Part shown: piece by piece, positions 13,404 through 24,360 of the stretch
How positions within the stretch are numbered: position 1 is the first letter of the stretch
How the letters are laid out: each line of letters starts with the position of its first letter
Position numbers and translations under genes: made by a program
DNA from: Haplodiscus bocki
Lineage: Eukaryota
Length of the DNA stretch: 64,000 nucleotides
NCBI GenBank assembly: GCA_965655095.1
Contig: OZ296650.1
Span: 63,426,001 to 63,490,000 of the forward strand
Direction: 5' to 3'
Notes under the pieces: model-generated
Seen by the model: the letters and a program-made list of their open reading frames with translations, nothing else
What the model was told of the DNA's origin: nothing
The model's database searches: none

Positions 13404-14545
13404 AGGGATGCGAGACAAAACCGCCGATTTTAGAGTGAGACAAAACAGCCGATTTTGAAAACGGGACAAAATCGCCGATTTTGATAATGAGACAAAACCG
13501 CCGATTTTAAAGTGGGACAAAACCGCCGATTTGTTATAATACAACTCGCTAGTCTTTGCAAAGATAAAAGTAATTCAAGATAAAAGCGTCTTGGCCTAAT
13601 TACGAATAATTAGCAATTAAATTACCATTATACTCATGAAATGGTTTTAACTATGAAACCCAAAATAACCAAGCCCAAATTACCCAAATTTGAAAAAATT
13701 TTGACCGAAATTTGAATTTTTGTAGGAAGCGAAGGTTAAAAATCTGGACAGCCACGAACAGAAGATGATGAAAATTGATAATCCTAATATCTGTAAATTA
13801 AATTTTCTGTCACCTAAGGGGTTCCACCCCAAAATACCCAAGCCCAAAATACCCAAAGTCACAAAGTACCCAAGGCCAAAATACTCAAAGCCAAAATACT
13901 CAAGATTGAAACAACGATACCAATTAAATAGTTAAAAAAGTACCCAAGTAATATCAAAAGTACCCAAAATACTTCATTGCTGGGGTATTTTGGGTTTGCG
14001 TATTTTGGGTTTGGGTATTTTGGGCTTGGGTATTTTGAGTTTGGGTATTTTGTCCTGCCACCCACCCAAGGAAATGCCAATGAAACTGAAAAACTACTAC
14101 AAAAACAACCAATTTCAATTTTTGCGTCATATAATTTTCTGAGTTTTCTTGATACTCAATTGCATGAACCGAAAGAATCCGAAAAGACCATTTCTGAAAC
14201 TTTTGGGAATGTCGTTTTTATTAGCCGCAAAAATTAGGAAATTGCATTTAGTTAGTGGTATCTCAGTTTCTATTAGTAATTCGTAATATAATTGCTAATT
14301 ATCAACAATTAGGCCAAGACGCTTTTATCAGAGAAACAATTTTGATGGCAATTTGTTTTTTTTTTACAAAATCGGCCGTATTGTCACACTTTAAAATCGG
14401 CGGTTTTGTCCACTTTATAATCGGCGATTTTGTCTCATTTTCGAAATCGGCGATTTTGTCTCATTTTCGAAATCGGCGGTTTTGTCTCATTTTCGAAATC
14501 GGCGGTTTTGTCTCATTTAAAATCGGCTGTTTTGTCCTGCCCCCT
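13404..14545. mobile_element. Foldback/MITE-like element with long inverted arms built from 21-22 bp repeats
   Basis: A GAGACAAAACCGCCGATTTT array at 13411-13532 is mirrored by an AAATCGGCGGTTTTGTCTC array at about 14368-14540. The block GATAAAAGCGTCTTGGCCTAATT is also inverted (13579 vs about 14307-14329). Confidence 0.75.
13817..14068. repeat. Nested inner foldback element with 15-bp repeats
   Basis: A CCCAAAATACCCAAG array at 13828-13900 is inverted against a GGGTATTTTGGGTTT array at 13983-14051. It ends TTTTGTCCTGCC, like the outer element. Confidence 0.7.
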
Positions 14546-14699
14546 TTCATAAGACTAAGCATTAAGAAGGAAAATATTTGGTTTTGAAGTCACTCGGTAT
14601 ACTGACTTTGGTTTGTGGGTAGAAAATTTGTGGTTGTGTGCTACTTTTGCTTGAGTAGTTACCAAAGTGTTTCTCACAGAAGAATTGAACATCGAAAGA

Positions 14700-17400
14700 T
14701 TTTGATGACTTGCTGTTTATTTGGATTGACTGGATTCTTGTTTACTTTGAATGAAACTTCTGCTGGTATGATTGCAGGCTATTTCGTCATTAGCTCAAAG
14801 TATTCAGTTAAAAATTTAGTATAACTCGGAATGTTGCTTCGTGCTTTTTTTTATTTTTTGAATAAGAGAGTAACATCTGCATATTGTAGCAGTACTGTTT
14901 GATGGAATTGGTTGTACGAATTTCTGAACATACAGTAGGAAATTAGCGGTGTAAAATTTATTCCCTAGGGAACGTTTCCTCACCTTTATACCTTTTAGAA
15001 GAACTTTCTTTCTTCATCAATCCGCGTTATCGATGAGTTTGTTTTCTTTTTAAGAAATGACAGGCAATGTTTCTGAAACCAAACCTGTTCAATCAATAAG
15101 ATTTCATGATCAAGGGAACCAAATGTTTTAGAGAGGCCCAAAGTGGCTAGAATTACATTGTTACTGCATTTAATTTCTGATATCAACTTTTCACTCTGAG
15201 TAAAAATTCACCTCTTGTTCCCAAATTTTGTTGAAATCCAAATTGTCGAGGATTGAGGAGCTGATGGTTTTTTCAGGATTCACATGCTTACCTAGGTTTT
15301 TGAAAATAGGGGCTACGTTAGCTTTTTGGAAGCGTCCGGGACACGTTCACAAATATTAAGTCCTTAATCACCAAAGTAGGTGGTGCTGTAATTAAGCAAA
15401 CACTTTACTAAAGAGTCCCTGTGGCGACTTTAACACAATATTTTGTTCTTGCAAGTTCAAATTTTGAAGATCTAATTGACATTCTTGTTCCGTTACGTAG
15501 TTCAAAAATATACCTTTCAGGGGTGCTTCTTGACATTTGATGAATTGAATTGATAGTAAGTCAAAACTTTCTGCATATTTGATGAATTTCTCATTGAAAA
15601 AGTTGGCGATAACTTTCCTACCCTCTTTTTTTGGCTGAAACTTTCTCTCAGAGAAAATGTTTGCACTTGGTTTTTTCTTCAGTTGAGGATAACGTTGAAC
15701 CAATCACAACTGCAGCTTGAATTCATGTTTTGTAGATTTTTGTTGAGTGGTTTTTGCATGTGATTCGTGTCTCTGCAATTCAATGAGTCATTTGTTGCGA
15801 TAGGTTCTGAACCTGAACAAATCCGTGTTCTCCTTCAATTGATTGTCTGAACATAATAAGTTTTTTTCGAAATGGACAGTTCATGCATATTCATTGGGAG
15901 CTTGAAGATGTTATCGGGGTTTTTTGAAAACTTCATGGTGTTTGTAGCTGTTGGTACGCCTTTAATGAGCGACTTGAAGTCGTGTTACCACAAATCTTGG
16001 ACCTTTCATACACATTCTTGGTTGATTAAAACTGATACAAAACGCATTTTCTCATTTCTTCGTGAAATTGTGGTACTTGAAATTTTGTTTCCTTTCACGT
16101 ACGTCTCTTGCGTGCTTGAGTTCTTTGATCAATGCCTGTAGAACCAGTGTAGCAATGAGCTAATTGATCTGTCAGAAAAAAAATTGATGAACATCATGTC
16201 AATCGACCTGTCTTTTACGACTGTGAATTTATAATCAAATAAGCAATTACAACTCTCAGTATTGCGAGTAAGCTTCGTTTTTGTTTTTGTCCATTCAGCC
16301 CATGTTCAGATTTGGAAGGGAAAAAATCATCGACTCAACGTTTGATTTTTTCCTACGTTTACTTCCTAATTGGAAAACTGCACAAAATTTTACCATTTCG
16401 ACTTTAAAAGTTTTTCAAAACCAAATTATGGCAAATATGCTCCTGAATGCTAATGAAACAGTAGAATATCTTGTAAAGGTATGAAAATAGGGTTCGCTCT
16501 TTGAAATTGTTGAATTTCTCTTGAAAGCAAGATGAATTTCAAAAAAGTTGGCGAAAAGTTTCAACTTTGATGAAGAATGCGGCTTAAATGGTATTACTTC
16601 TTAAAAATCACTTTTTCCGAGGGAAATTTTGCTCTTCTTGGAAACAAGAGCAATTTTTCGGTTAATTTTGAAAAATTTTGATTTTGCTATTTCAAAAAAT
16701 TTAGAGAACGGAAAAATTTCCACTGGAGGCCTGGTGTCTTGTTGTGATTTAAAACCATATAATGTTAATGTTTACTGTAACTTAGTTGATTTCACTTTCA
16801 GTAGATACTTTGCCTATTTTGCCGAGAGAAGATTACTACATTTGGTTATCATTTTTTCTCAATTAATTTTGCAGGGTTCTCAAAGAGTCCCTGGTATGTT
16901 TGTTATTGCTGATGACGGATTTTTCTCGTCGTCTTGCCGTAATTTCTTTTATATCAAAAGCGTCAGTTTCAATTGATTTTTGTATGTTTTCTGTTGAGCT
17001 CAGATGTTGAGTAGCTAAATAGTGGAGTTCCCCACTTTATATTTATCGAGTTATCTGTAATGGTCTATTTTTCCTGAATACTTTTTTTGGTAGTATCTTT
17101 GGTCAAAAATTCGGAACAATGCTGACTTGTCAACCTAGTTTCTGTCAGTGCACCGATAATATTCAGTTTTACAAACTCAACAAGCGATTGGAAATTATTG
17201 CATTTTGTGGAGAAATCCTGGAAATTGACCAGCTGCTGGTATATTTCCAGGTTGTTTTACAGACGAACTGATTTATCTCGGTTTGTTCCATTTTCTGTGG
17301 GTGGACTAGGTCCTGGGTTTTGATTCATTGCATTAGCAAAAGTAGCAGGAGGCCTATCAAGTTTCTACTTAGTCGTTTGCGACGCAATCTGTTTTTTTTT
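14700..17400 (-). pseudogene. Highly decayed non-LTR retrotransposon (CR1/L2-like APE endonuclease-RT); boundaries approximate
   Basis: Minus-strand remnants NIIGALTETRL (about 17150, endonuclease), PGRFQKANVAPIFK (about 15320) and LGLSKTFGSLDHEILL (about 15120, cf. LDLSKAFDTVDH), with many stops and frameshifts. Confidence 0.7.
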
Positions 17401-18625
17401 GCTTTAAAAAACGCTATTAACATAGTTTTACATAGAGCTTGGTTTCTCTAGTGATGCTCATCCAATGTGACAAAAAAGATGATTAAGAAACGTACAAAGG
17501 AAATAGGAAATGTTATTTCGTTGATTTTTGCAGCCTCTTTCAGTAAAAATAAAAAAAATCAATTTTTCAAGGGCCAAAACAATCCAGAACTGCTCAATAC
17601 CATAAGAGCAGTGTTCATTGGGTAGTTGGCATTATCTAGTAATTAGCGCCGTTGTTGATGATAAGGATAATTGATCATTCGTAGCAGCGCATCCTGTCAA
17701 AACATTTTTACGGACAAGTTATTTACAAAAACAAGAGTTTTGTTTTGACCAATGCTGTAGGAGGGAAAATCAATCATGCTTAATTTCTTTGGTAGAAAAC
17801 TAACTGAAGATTGGAAAGTTTTTCGTCTAATCAAACCTGGGGGGCATTTCCTATGGGAAAGCACCATTGAGTATGTCATTTGCCGTATTTTGTGTAGAAG
17901 AAAGTTTTTGTAGATTTTTTTCTTTCCAACTTTCAATGACTTTAAATTTCACTTCACAAAATGATCTTATGTATGGAATCACTTGCACGTCCCTCAGAAG
18001 GTATCCTTCACAATCTCAGCTACAAAGCTGCTTTCAGTGATCACGTTTTAAACAAATTTTTGGATGACACTTGTTCAAAAATTCAAACAGAGTTTTTTTG
18101 CGATATCATTTGTAACTTCAATGAAACCTTTGATTGCGTCCGTATCATTTGTCATTTCTCGTCCAATTGTGAACAATTTGGACTATTTCATATGTTTTTC
18201 ACTTGAATAGAATTCGGTACAGTCCTCAGGCATGCTCTTTTGAACGAGAATTTCCGTTTCGTGCTGTCATTGATGCAAGAAGCATTTTGTTTCAAAGGAT
18301 TTTTTGAAACTGTAGTGACTTCTTACGTTCAATCCATGAGGTAATAGAGATCAAAACCAACAGCTCAAGAAATGACCGGGCTGAGCCGTTGTCTGTTGTG
18401 TAATTAAAATTATATCCGAAATGTTGAGATGCAAAGTAGCCGAATTCTACTATTTTGTATTAGATTTTTTTTCTATTGTCAAATACATATTTCTCGAAAA
18501 AACACCAGAATGATCAAGGGCTCAATGCACAACATTTTATCCGAATAAAGTTGTTCGATCGCGGTCTTTTTGGTGTTTTTCCTGAAAAGGGAAGATTGTT
18601 GTGTGAAAGTGCCAATGAGTGCTAT

Positions 18626-20506
18626 TGTCGCGTTAGACCTAACGCTAAACAGCCATAATAATAAACGTTAAACTGAAGCTATAACGCTAACCAGTAGCCA
18701 TAGTATTAAAGAGTGCTAGTCTTGAATTTACGTTAGCAATAACGCTAAACAGTCCATAACGCTAACTAGTGCAAGTTCTAAATTTAGCAATGACGTAAAA
18801 GAAGTAATAATAGCAACTTACCGTTTGAAGGGATAGTTGTTGGAGAGCGGTAACAAATTTGGAATTGCACATTTTGAAGCTTCAAAATTGCGCTGCCATG
18901 CTTCAAACTGATAAAACGAAGCCTTTCTATTTGTTACCCCCCGTTCTCGGAAGTTTGATTTTATTGCTTCCCGAACGGCACACCCTGCTCTTTTTGGTTC
19001 GAATTTTTGACACTTTTTGACAGATCACCATATTTGGTGCTCCTTGGCGCACGGCTTACCGTACTTGGTCATAGCCTTGAAAAGTACGAGGGCTCCGCCA
19101 TTTTGAACGCCGGCCGCCAAAACGAGAGCTCATAACTTTCCTTTTCGCCTACCGTTGACTACCACCTCCAAAACAGCGAAATTACTAAATTTCTTAATTT
19201 TCCCTACAAGAACCATCGAAAACTTCAGAAAATTATAACTTTCGAACAAAATTCCAATCTTCTTAAAAACTGGCCAAAACTTCTTCAAAGACGGAATAAT
19301 TCTACTATTCACAAAGAAACAGAAAACTACTATCCAAAGACCAAACAGCCCAACGGAAGGAATCGAAAGCAGCGTATTGGAAAATTCTAAAAGTATTGAA
19401 CAAAATGTTAGTATCTAAAATAACTAACCCCTGGCAGAGTACATCTCGCCAGGAAACTTAGTATTTAAGATCGGGCCTGTTAGCATATACTCTAAAGAGG
19501 AGCTAACGGATGACCACGAGCCTAAAAGGACGTGTGAGACTCACAGAGTTCCCGAACCATAAGAGAAATTGCTCGGTGGCTACTTCCGTTTGGGGTTGTG
19601 CCCTTTGTCGGCTGCCTCCATTAAAGTGAAATGATGCTGAGTCTTAGATAAAAACCAACACTAACCCAGACTTCGATCAGAAACAAACGTCAGAGGCACA
19701 TTGATTCTTACTCAATGTTTTAAATTCCTGACCCTAAGAGAAATCGCTCGGTTGCTACGCTGAAGCAGAGTTACCGTGTCATAGCTACTAACCTAACACC
19801 TCTGATCGAAGCTGAATTAATTTAGAGTAAAATTGACTTAGAGGATTAATTGTAAAATGAACTGTTAGAAAAGGCGGAAAAATTTATCTTCCGTCCTAAT
19901 GTAACTTTTAGCAGGTTGACGGTGCTCGACTACGACTCATCTCCTAAACAGGTGAGAAAAAGTATTATAACCAATGCTATTATAGTTTTACTGGTTTTAC
20001 ATCTTATTTTTGAGCGAATTAAAACGCGTGCAACAATATTCTTTTGAAATTTATCTAAAAATTTGGATTTATAATTCTGTCATAAAGTTGTCTGGGTATT
20101 GATAAATTCTGAGCAAATAATTTTGGATAATACAGTTGCTAACTTCTTTACTTTGAATGAAACTGGAATAGAGTGAAATTTGAACTAAATTCTTTATGCT
20201 AGAACTGTACCGTCACCTTTGTGCACTCCCTACCAAGTTTACCAGTATTGTATTTGAAGCCATAACTTTATTTCAATATTATAACTGTTAACTCTGAATA
20301 AATTCTCTGCAAATTCTTAAACCACTTCATAGCAATTCACTAAGTCCTTGCCAGCGAATTCACGCAATACTTTGTTCACGCGGGCCGGCAAGTCAATTTT
20401 GAGACTTAAGTTGTTCAAATAGCAACGGCCGCACACCAACAAGTGAAGGACTTTTGTCAACTTGGAAATTGAACTAAATAAATTTAAACTACTAGACCGC
20501 GCGACA
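18626..20506 (+). repeat. 5' LTR
   Basis: TG...CA ends; direct repeat of 35089-36969; TAACGCTAA repeats near the 5' end. Confidence 0.98.
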
Positions 20507-20509
20507 AAC

Positions 20510-20527
20510 TGGTGCGACCAGTGAGGC
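20510..20527 (+). promoter_or_regulatory. Primer binding site
   Basis: TGGTGCGACCAGTGAGG begins 3 nt after the LTR; TGG complements the tRNA CCA end. The TGGTGC-N5-GTGAGG pattern resembles animal tRNA-Ile(UAU) or elongator tRNA-Met 3' ends, but the tRNA is not assigned. Confidence 0.85.
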
Positions 20528-20551
20528 ACTTGTGTTTTTTGTGATGATGCT

Positions 20552-20737
20552 ATGAGTGAAGTCTACGAGTTTTTTATTTCTATTGTGCTACTCTCTCCAG
20601 GCCTCTTAATTTCAATTTTGGTCATTTTCTTAACTGTGAATTATATAGTCACTCTTGGATCTTTATTCTTGGTGCTAGTGAGATTGAATATCTTAAATCA
20701 ACACCAGATTTCTCCAAGTGACCACGTACGAATTTGA
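20552..20737 (+). CDS. Small hydrophobic leader ORF (61 aa, probable membrane protein)
   Basis: ATG-initiated, with a hydrophobic stretch of about 38 aa; first of a closely packed series of ORFs before gag. Confidence 0.5.
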   Translation: MSEVYEFFISIVLLSPGLLISILVIFLTVNYIVTLGSLFLVLVRLNILNQHQISPSDHVRI

Positions 20738-20752
20738 CTTGAGTCACCGTGG

Positions 20753-20884
20753 ATGAGACGTGACTTGATTGTGACTCTCTATTTTTTCTTTTTGGCGATA
20801 GTGGCACTTCTATTGACACCACCTTATCTTCTCGCTGTGATACGATTGGAACGAGTCATAATTGGACAGGACTGTGATTCCTGA
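20753..20884 (+). CDS. Small membrane peptide A (43 aa; not in the ORF track)
   Basis: Translates as MRRDLIVTLYFFFLAIVALLLTPPYLLAVIRLERVIIGQDCDS and is paralogous to 21104-21229. Confidence 0.65.
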   Translation: MRRDLIVTLYFFFLAIVALLLTPPYLLAVIRLERVIIGQDCDS

Positions 20885-21103
20885 TATTCGATGAACGACG
20901 ATCTACCTATCCTACTCATCTAACGAAGCGACTTCAACGCCCATCTATTTCACCTCTCATTTGCAAATTGGGACACTATTTTCTACAAAACTACGGATCG
21001 TTCTTCTTTGGGTAACGTACTATGAGATTGTTTCGGTAAGGTGGACTTCCTGAACTTTCAAAAATTCAATTATTTTTGTATCCTATTATTCCGATTCTTC
21101 TTA

Positions 21104-21229
21104 ATGAGACAGAATTTGATTTTAATCTTGTACTTCCTGTCTCTTGCAATTCTTTTTTTACTTTTGGGACCCGGATATCTTTTATATGTACTTCAACTAA
21201 TGCAAATCATTAAGGAACTCAACGATTAG
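21104..21229 (+). CDS. Small membrane peptide B (41 aa from the ATG)
   Basis: MRQNLILILYFLSLAILFLLLGPGYLLYVLQLMQIIKELND; more than half of the first 32 residues are identical to peptide A with no gaps. Confidence 0.65.
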   Translation: MRQNLILILYFLSLAILFLLLGPGYLLYVLQLMQIIKELND

Positions 21230-21235
21230 ATTTGA

Positions 21236-21595
21236 ATGCCACATCCAAGTGACCAAAATTCAGTTGTTTGGAATACCCTCGGTGACGACGGATTCGACGA
21301 AATACCACATTTCAACTGCCCTTGGACCATCACTACAAACCAGGAGAGTATTACAGTTAATATTATCTACTTAAAGTGGACCTTCAATTACGATTTTTGG
21401 ATTCGTGTGGAAATTCACCCTCAAGGAAATCCTACAGCTTTTCAATTATTGGATATAGACGAACTCCATCCATTGTTTAAATCTCTAGCAACGGCACTTC
21501 TGAACTACTACGAATTTCCAGAACCCCACTTAACTGAGTTCCAACTTCACGTATATGGCGAATTAATGGACCATTTGCTCTACAAAGTCGATTGA
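21236..21595 (+). CDS. Accessory protein of unknown function upstream of gag (119 aa)
   Basis: The ATG lies 6 nt after the previous stop and the stop lies 9 nt before the gag ATG. Globular composition, with weak similarity to 30656-30994. Confidence 0.7.
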   Translation: MPHPSDQNSVVWNTLGDDGFDEIPHFNCPWTITTNQESITVNIIYLKWTFNYDFWIRVEIHPQGNPTAFQLLDIDELHPLFKSLATALLNYYEFPEPHLTEFQLHVYGELMDHLLYKVD

Positions 21596-21604
21596 ATTAA
21601 AATT

Positions 21605-23053
21605 ATGGCTAATTCTCATCTCACATACCCCGACTTGGCCTTAGACAAGTTCTCTGGCACTGATCCCGACCAAGACGCAGAATCTTTCGTCCAGTTAATA
21701 GAAAGAAAAATTAACTTCGCATTAGGTGATGCACCTGCGGATCCGGACGATCTGGTTAGTTACACTTTCCGTGAAAAAGCACTTTTCTCCTCTCTACTGC
21801 GAGGGCCAGCAGCAGAGTGGTACGAAAATAACATTGAGAATGCCACCACTTGGGCAGACACACGAGAACAGTTCATAACGCGATTCTCTGATGGACGAAA
21901 CAAATTCCGACATAGAAAGGAAGTAGAGCACTGTGTACGAGGCGATGGAGAAGAAATCAGGAATTTCCTATATCGGATAAAGAAAATTGTTGACAAAGGA
22001 TGGCCCGACGATATGGAAGGCATCGTAGAAGCAGATAGAGCTGCAGAACGTGAGGCTCAAGGAAGACAAAGAAGACAACGATATATTGACTATACACTAC
22101 GAGGACTTCGTCCAAGATACTTACAACGAAAAGCTCAAGAGTATCTGATGGAACACCCGAACGCAACATGGAATGATTTCTCCACTAGAATCATTCAAAG
22201 AGACGTGAGTTATCAAGTTTCATCGAACTTCCTCAATGATGAGGAACAGACCAAGGTTCAACTAGCTTCGCTAGGACAAGAAATGAAGAATCTTCGTTCT
22301 CAACTACAGGAACATCAAGTTAGTGCACTAGAAAACCCACGTCAGCCCGATCCTAACCAAAAAGGCCGACAAAACGCTACGCGGTTTTGCAATTATTGCC
22401 GCTCCGACGGACACACTCCAAGTTGGTGTAGAAAGAAAATTCGAGATGAAGAAGTTAAGAGAATACAGGACGGGATGATGGCTGAAAAACGCGTAACGTT
22501 CACTAACGATTACAACAAACGCCGAGGACCTATTCACGGATCTGGACAGTTTACCTACAACAATTCTGAAAACAGACATCCAGCTGGACGGGACATAAAT
22601 GATACACAACAATCGACCTACGATGGGGCTACACAGTTCCACCCACGAAATAATTGGGGTAATCCTCCCAGATACAGCACATTTAACTCTGGTCGAGGAC
22701 GACAGTTCAATCGACACCAAAATCAATTTGTCAGCCGCAATGATAACAATGAATACAGGAACGGCTCTACCGGAGCCCCGTCGAGAGGAAACTGGCAGAA
22801 CATTGGGAGTAATCCACGTTCCCCTTCTAGTCCAAGACGAGACCCACAGCCGAGTCGACACTATCAACCCTCACGGTCTATTACACCTGATAATTCGGTA
22901 TTCCGACGATCCAACAGCCAAGAACCTGGCGGTTTTGTGCCGTACGAACAGCGGTTCCCTCGAAACAATGATCAGACTGGCTCTCACACAGTCCGATTCA
23001 CCACTACGGAACATTCAATCAATGTGTTATCCGACCTCTGCCCGTTAAACTGA
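21605..23053 (+). CDS. gag: Gag polyprotein (capsid, coiled coil, CCHC zinc knuckle, N/G/R/Q-rich tail)
   Basis: Retrotransposon-gag motifs FSG..D and LRGPAAEWY...W...REQFITRF; knuckle CNYCRSDGHTPSWC. Confidence 0.95.
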   Translation: MANSHLTYPDLALDKFSGTDPDQDAESFVQLIERKINFALGDAPADPDDLVSYTFREKALFSSLLRGPAAEWYENNIENATTWADTREQFITRFSDGRNKFRHRKEVEHCVRGDGEEIRNFLYRIKKIVDKGWPDDMEGIVEADRAAEREAQGRQRRQRYIDYTLRGLRPRYLQRKAQEYLMEHPNATWNDFSTRIIQRDVSYQVSSNFLNDEEQTKVQLASLGQEMKNLRSQLQEHQVSALENPRQPDPNQKGRQNATRFCNYCRSDGHTPSWCRKKIRDEEVKRIQDGMMAEKRVTFTNDYNKRRGPIHGSGQFTYNNSENRHPAGRDINDTQQSTYDGATQFHPRNNWGNPPRYSTFNSGRGRQFNRHQNQFVSRNDNNEYRNGSTGAPSRGNWQNIGSNPRSPSSPRRDPQPSRHYQPSRSITPDNSVFRRSNSQEPGGFVPYEQRFPRNNDQTGSHTVRFTTTEHSINVLSDLCPLN

Positions 23054-23105
23054 TGAGGTCTCCGAAGTCTGACTCCAATCGCTCACGGAGTTCAAGACTT
23101 AGTCT
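23044..23105 (+). promoter_or_regulatory. Predicted -1 ribosomal frameshift signal (G_TTA_AAC plus downstream structure)
   Basis: The slippery heptamer sits directly before the gag TGA and pol is in the -1 frame. Downstream pairings CTCCG/CGGAG and AAGTCT/AGACTT are possible. Confidence 0.75.
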
Positions 23106-23934
23106 TAACATTTTCTATTTCGCCACCGAAGACGCTCAAAAAGATAGTGGACTGGAAATCGAATTTATGTTAGATACAGGAGCTTCCTGTTCAATCATCA
23201 ATTATCGGACTTTTTGGGAGATCTCGCAATTCCACCATCCTATAAAAGTTCATAGGAGTAATAAAGTAACAAAGACCTAATCAGGCCAGGTCGTACCGAT
23301 GATCGGTTACGCCAGCATAGATTTCAGTTACGACCCTAATGGTGAATATTCTTTTCCTTTAACTGTCTGGATTACGGAAATGAAAACTCAAGACCTCCTT
23401 GGGATGGACTTCTGTCAGAGTCAGACTTCAGGAATCCACTTTGATTTACCTGGCATTGAGTTATGGCAGCCTCCAAAAACCTTCTGTTATGGAAGTCTTC
23501 ACCAGAATAAAACATTTCCTTACGTTTCTCGAATTCTAACGGTTCGATTACCTTACACTATGTACGTTGACGCTAAAAGCGCCAGATGTTGGAAGTACTC
23601 ACCTGAGGACCCAAAATCTCTCTTCCCGCCTGGATCAACTTTTCAACCCAACAGGGAAGCTGTGTCCACAGGTCTTAGCTTTGTTAACATCATTTGCACT
23701 CAGCCCGAACCGACTCTCCCATTACTGATAGAAAATAACAAAAACCATCAAATAACGCTTCCTAAAGAACGGATTGGATTTTCGTGTCTCGATGTAGCTG
23801 ACAAGGAGGAACCAAAGTACCAGATCAGGAACCCCTATGAATTGACAAATACCATAACCGCTACAAATGATAAGTACAACGACTGCTTTCTTTTACACTC
23901 AACCATTCCCGCACAATCTCCAGATGACTGTCTA

Positions 23935-24360
23935 CAAAAAATTCACGGTACCGAGGATTCAATACTACAACAACCTTACTCGATTGGACATTGTATCTCA
24001 GCAGACGCTAAAATGAGCAAAAGATTCGCCGACTTTCTTTCCCAACGAATTCCTGGACTTCGAGATACGTGCAGACGTACAAAATTATTGATAGGACAAA
24101 TTTTCCCATTCTGGGACCAAACTGGTAATCGACATATCTATAATCTAGTGACAAAAACTAAATCTTCTGAAAAACCTAACCTAGCTACTTTATCTTCAAC
24201 TCTGGAAGAAATGAAGTCTCATGCACAACTGTATGGAATCTCTACCATCGCAATTCGTAAAATTGGATGCGGACTTGATCAAATGAACTGGCAAGAGGTT
24301 GTAAAACTACTCAGAGATAATTTTGCCTACTCAAATATCCGAATAGTAGTTTACACCCTA
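23935..24360 (+). other. TARG1/OARD1-like macrodomain embedded in Pol
   Basis: SIGHCISAD..M, IYNLVTK....KP, LEEMKSH, IGCGLDQMNW..V and IVVYTL mirror OARD1 motifs (SLAHCISED, IYYLITK, IGCGLDRLQW, ITVYTL). Confidence 0.9.

Noticed and set aside
13859-14587. ORFs with periodic peptides (KYPNP, FGYFG, IGGFVS)
   Set aside because: These are translations of tandem DNA repeats within the foldback elements.
19035-19052. Second PBS-like TGGTGCTCC within the LTR
   Set aside because: It is internal to the LTR, not next to an LTR end, and a short match like this is expected by chance.
19130-19312. Identical 60-aa minus ORF in both LTRs (also 35593-35775)
   Set aside because: The identity simply reflects LTR duplication; non-ATG start and no protein features.
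22328-22867. Antisense and alternate-frame ORFs overlapping gag, pol, env and 33425-33901
   Set aside because: Shadow ORFs of real coding sequence, with no independent evidence.
23278-23280. Programmed stop-codon readthrough in pol
   Set aside because: The stop interrupts the protease domain and is one of four scattered stops, so mutational decay is simpler.
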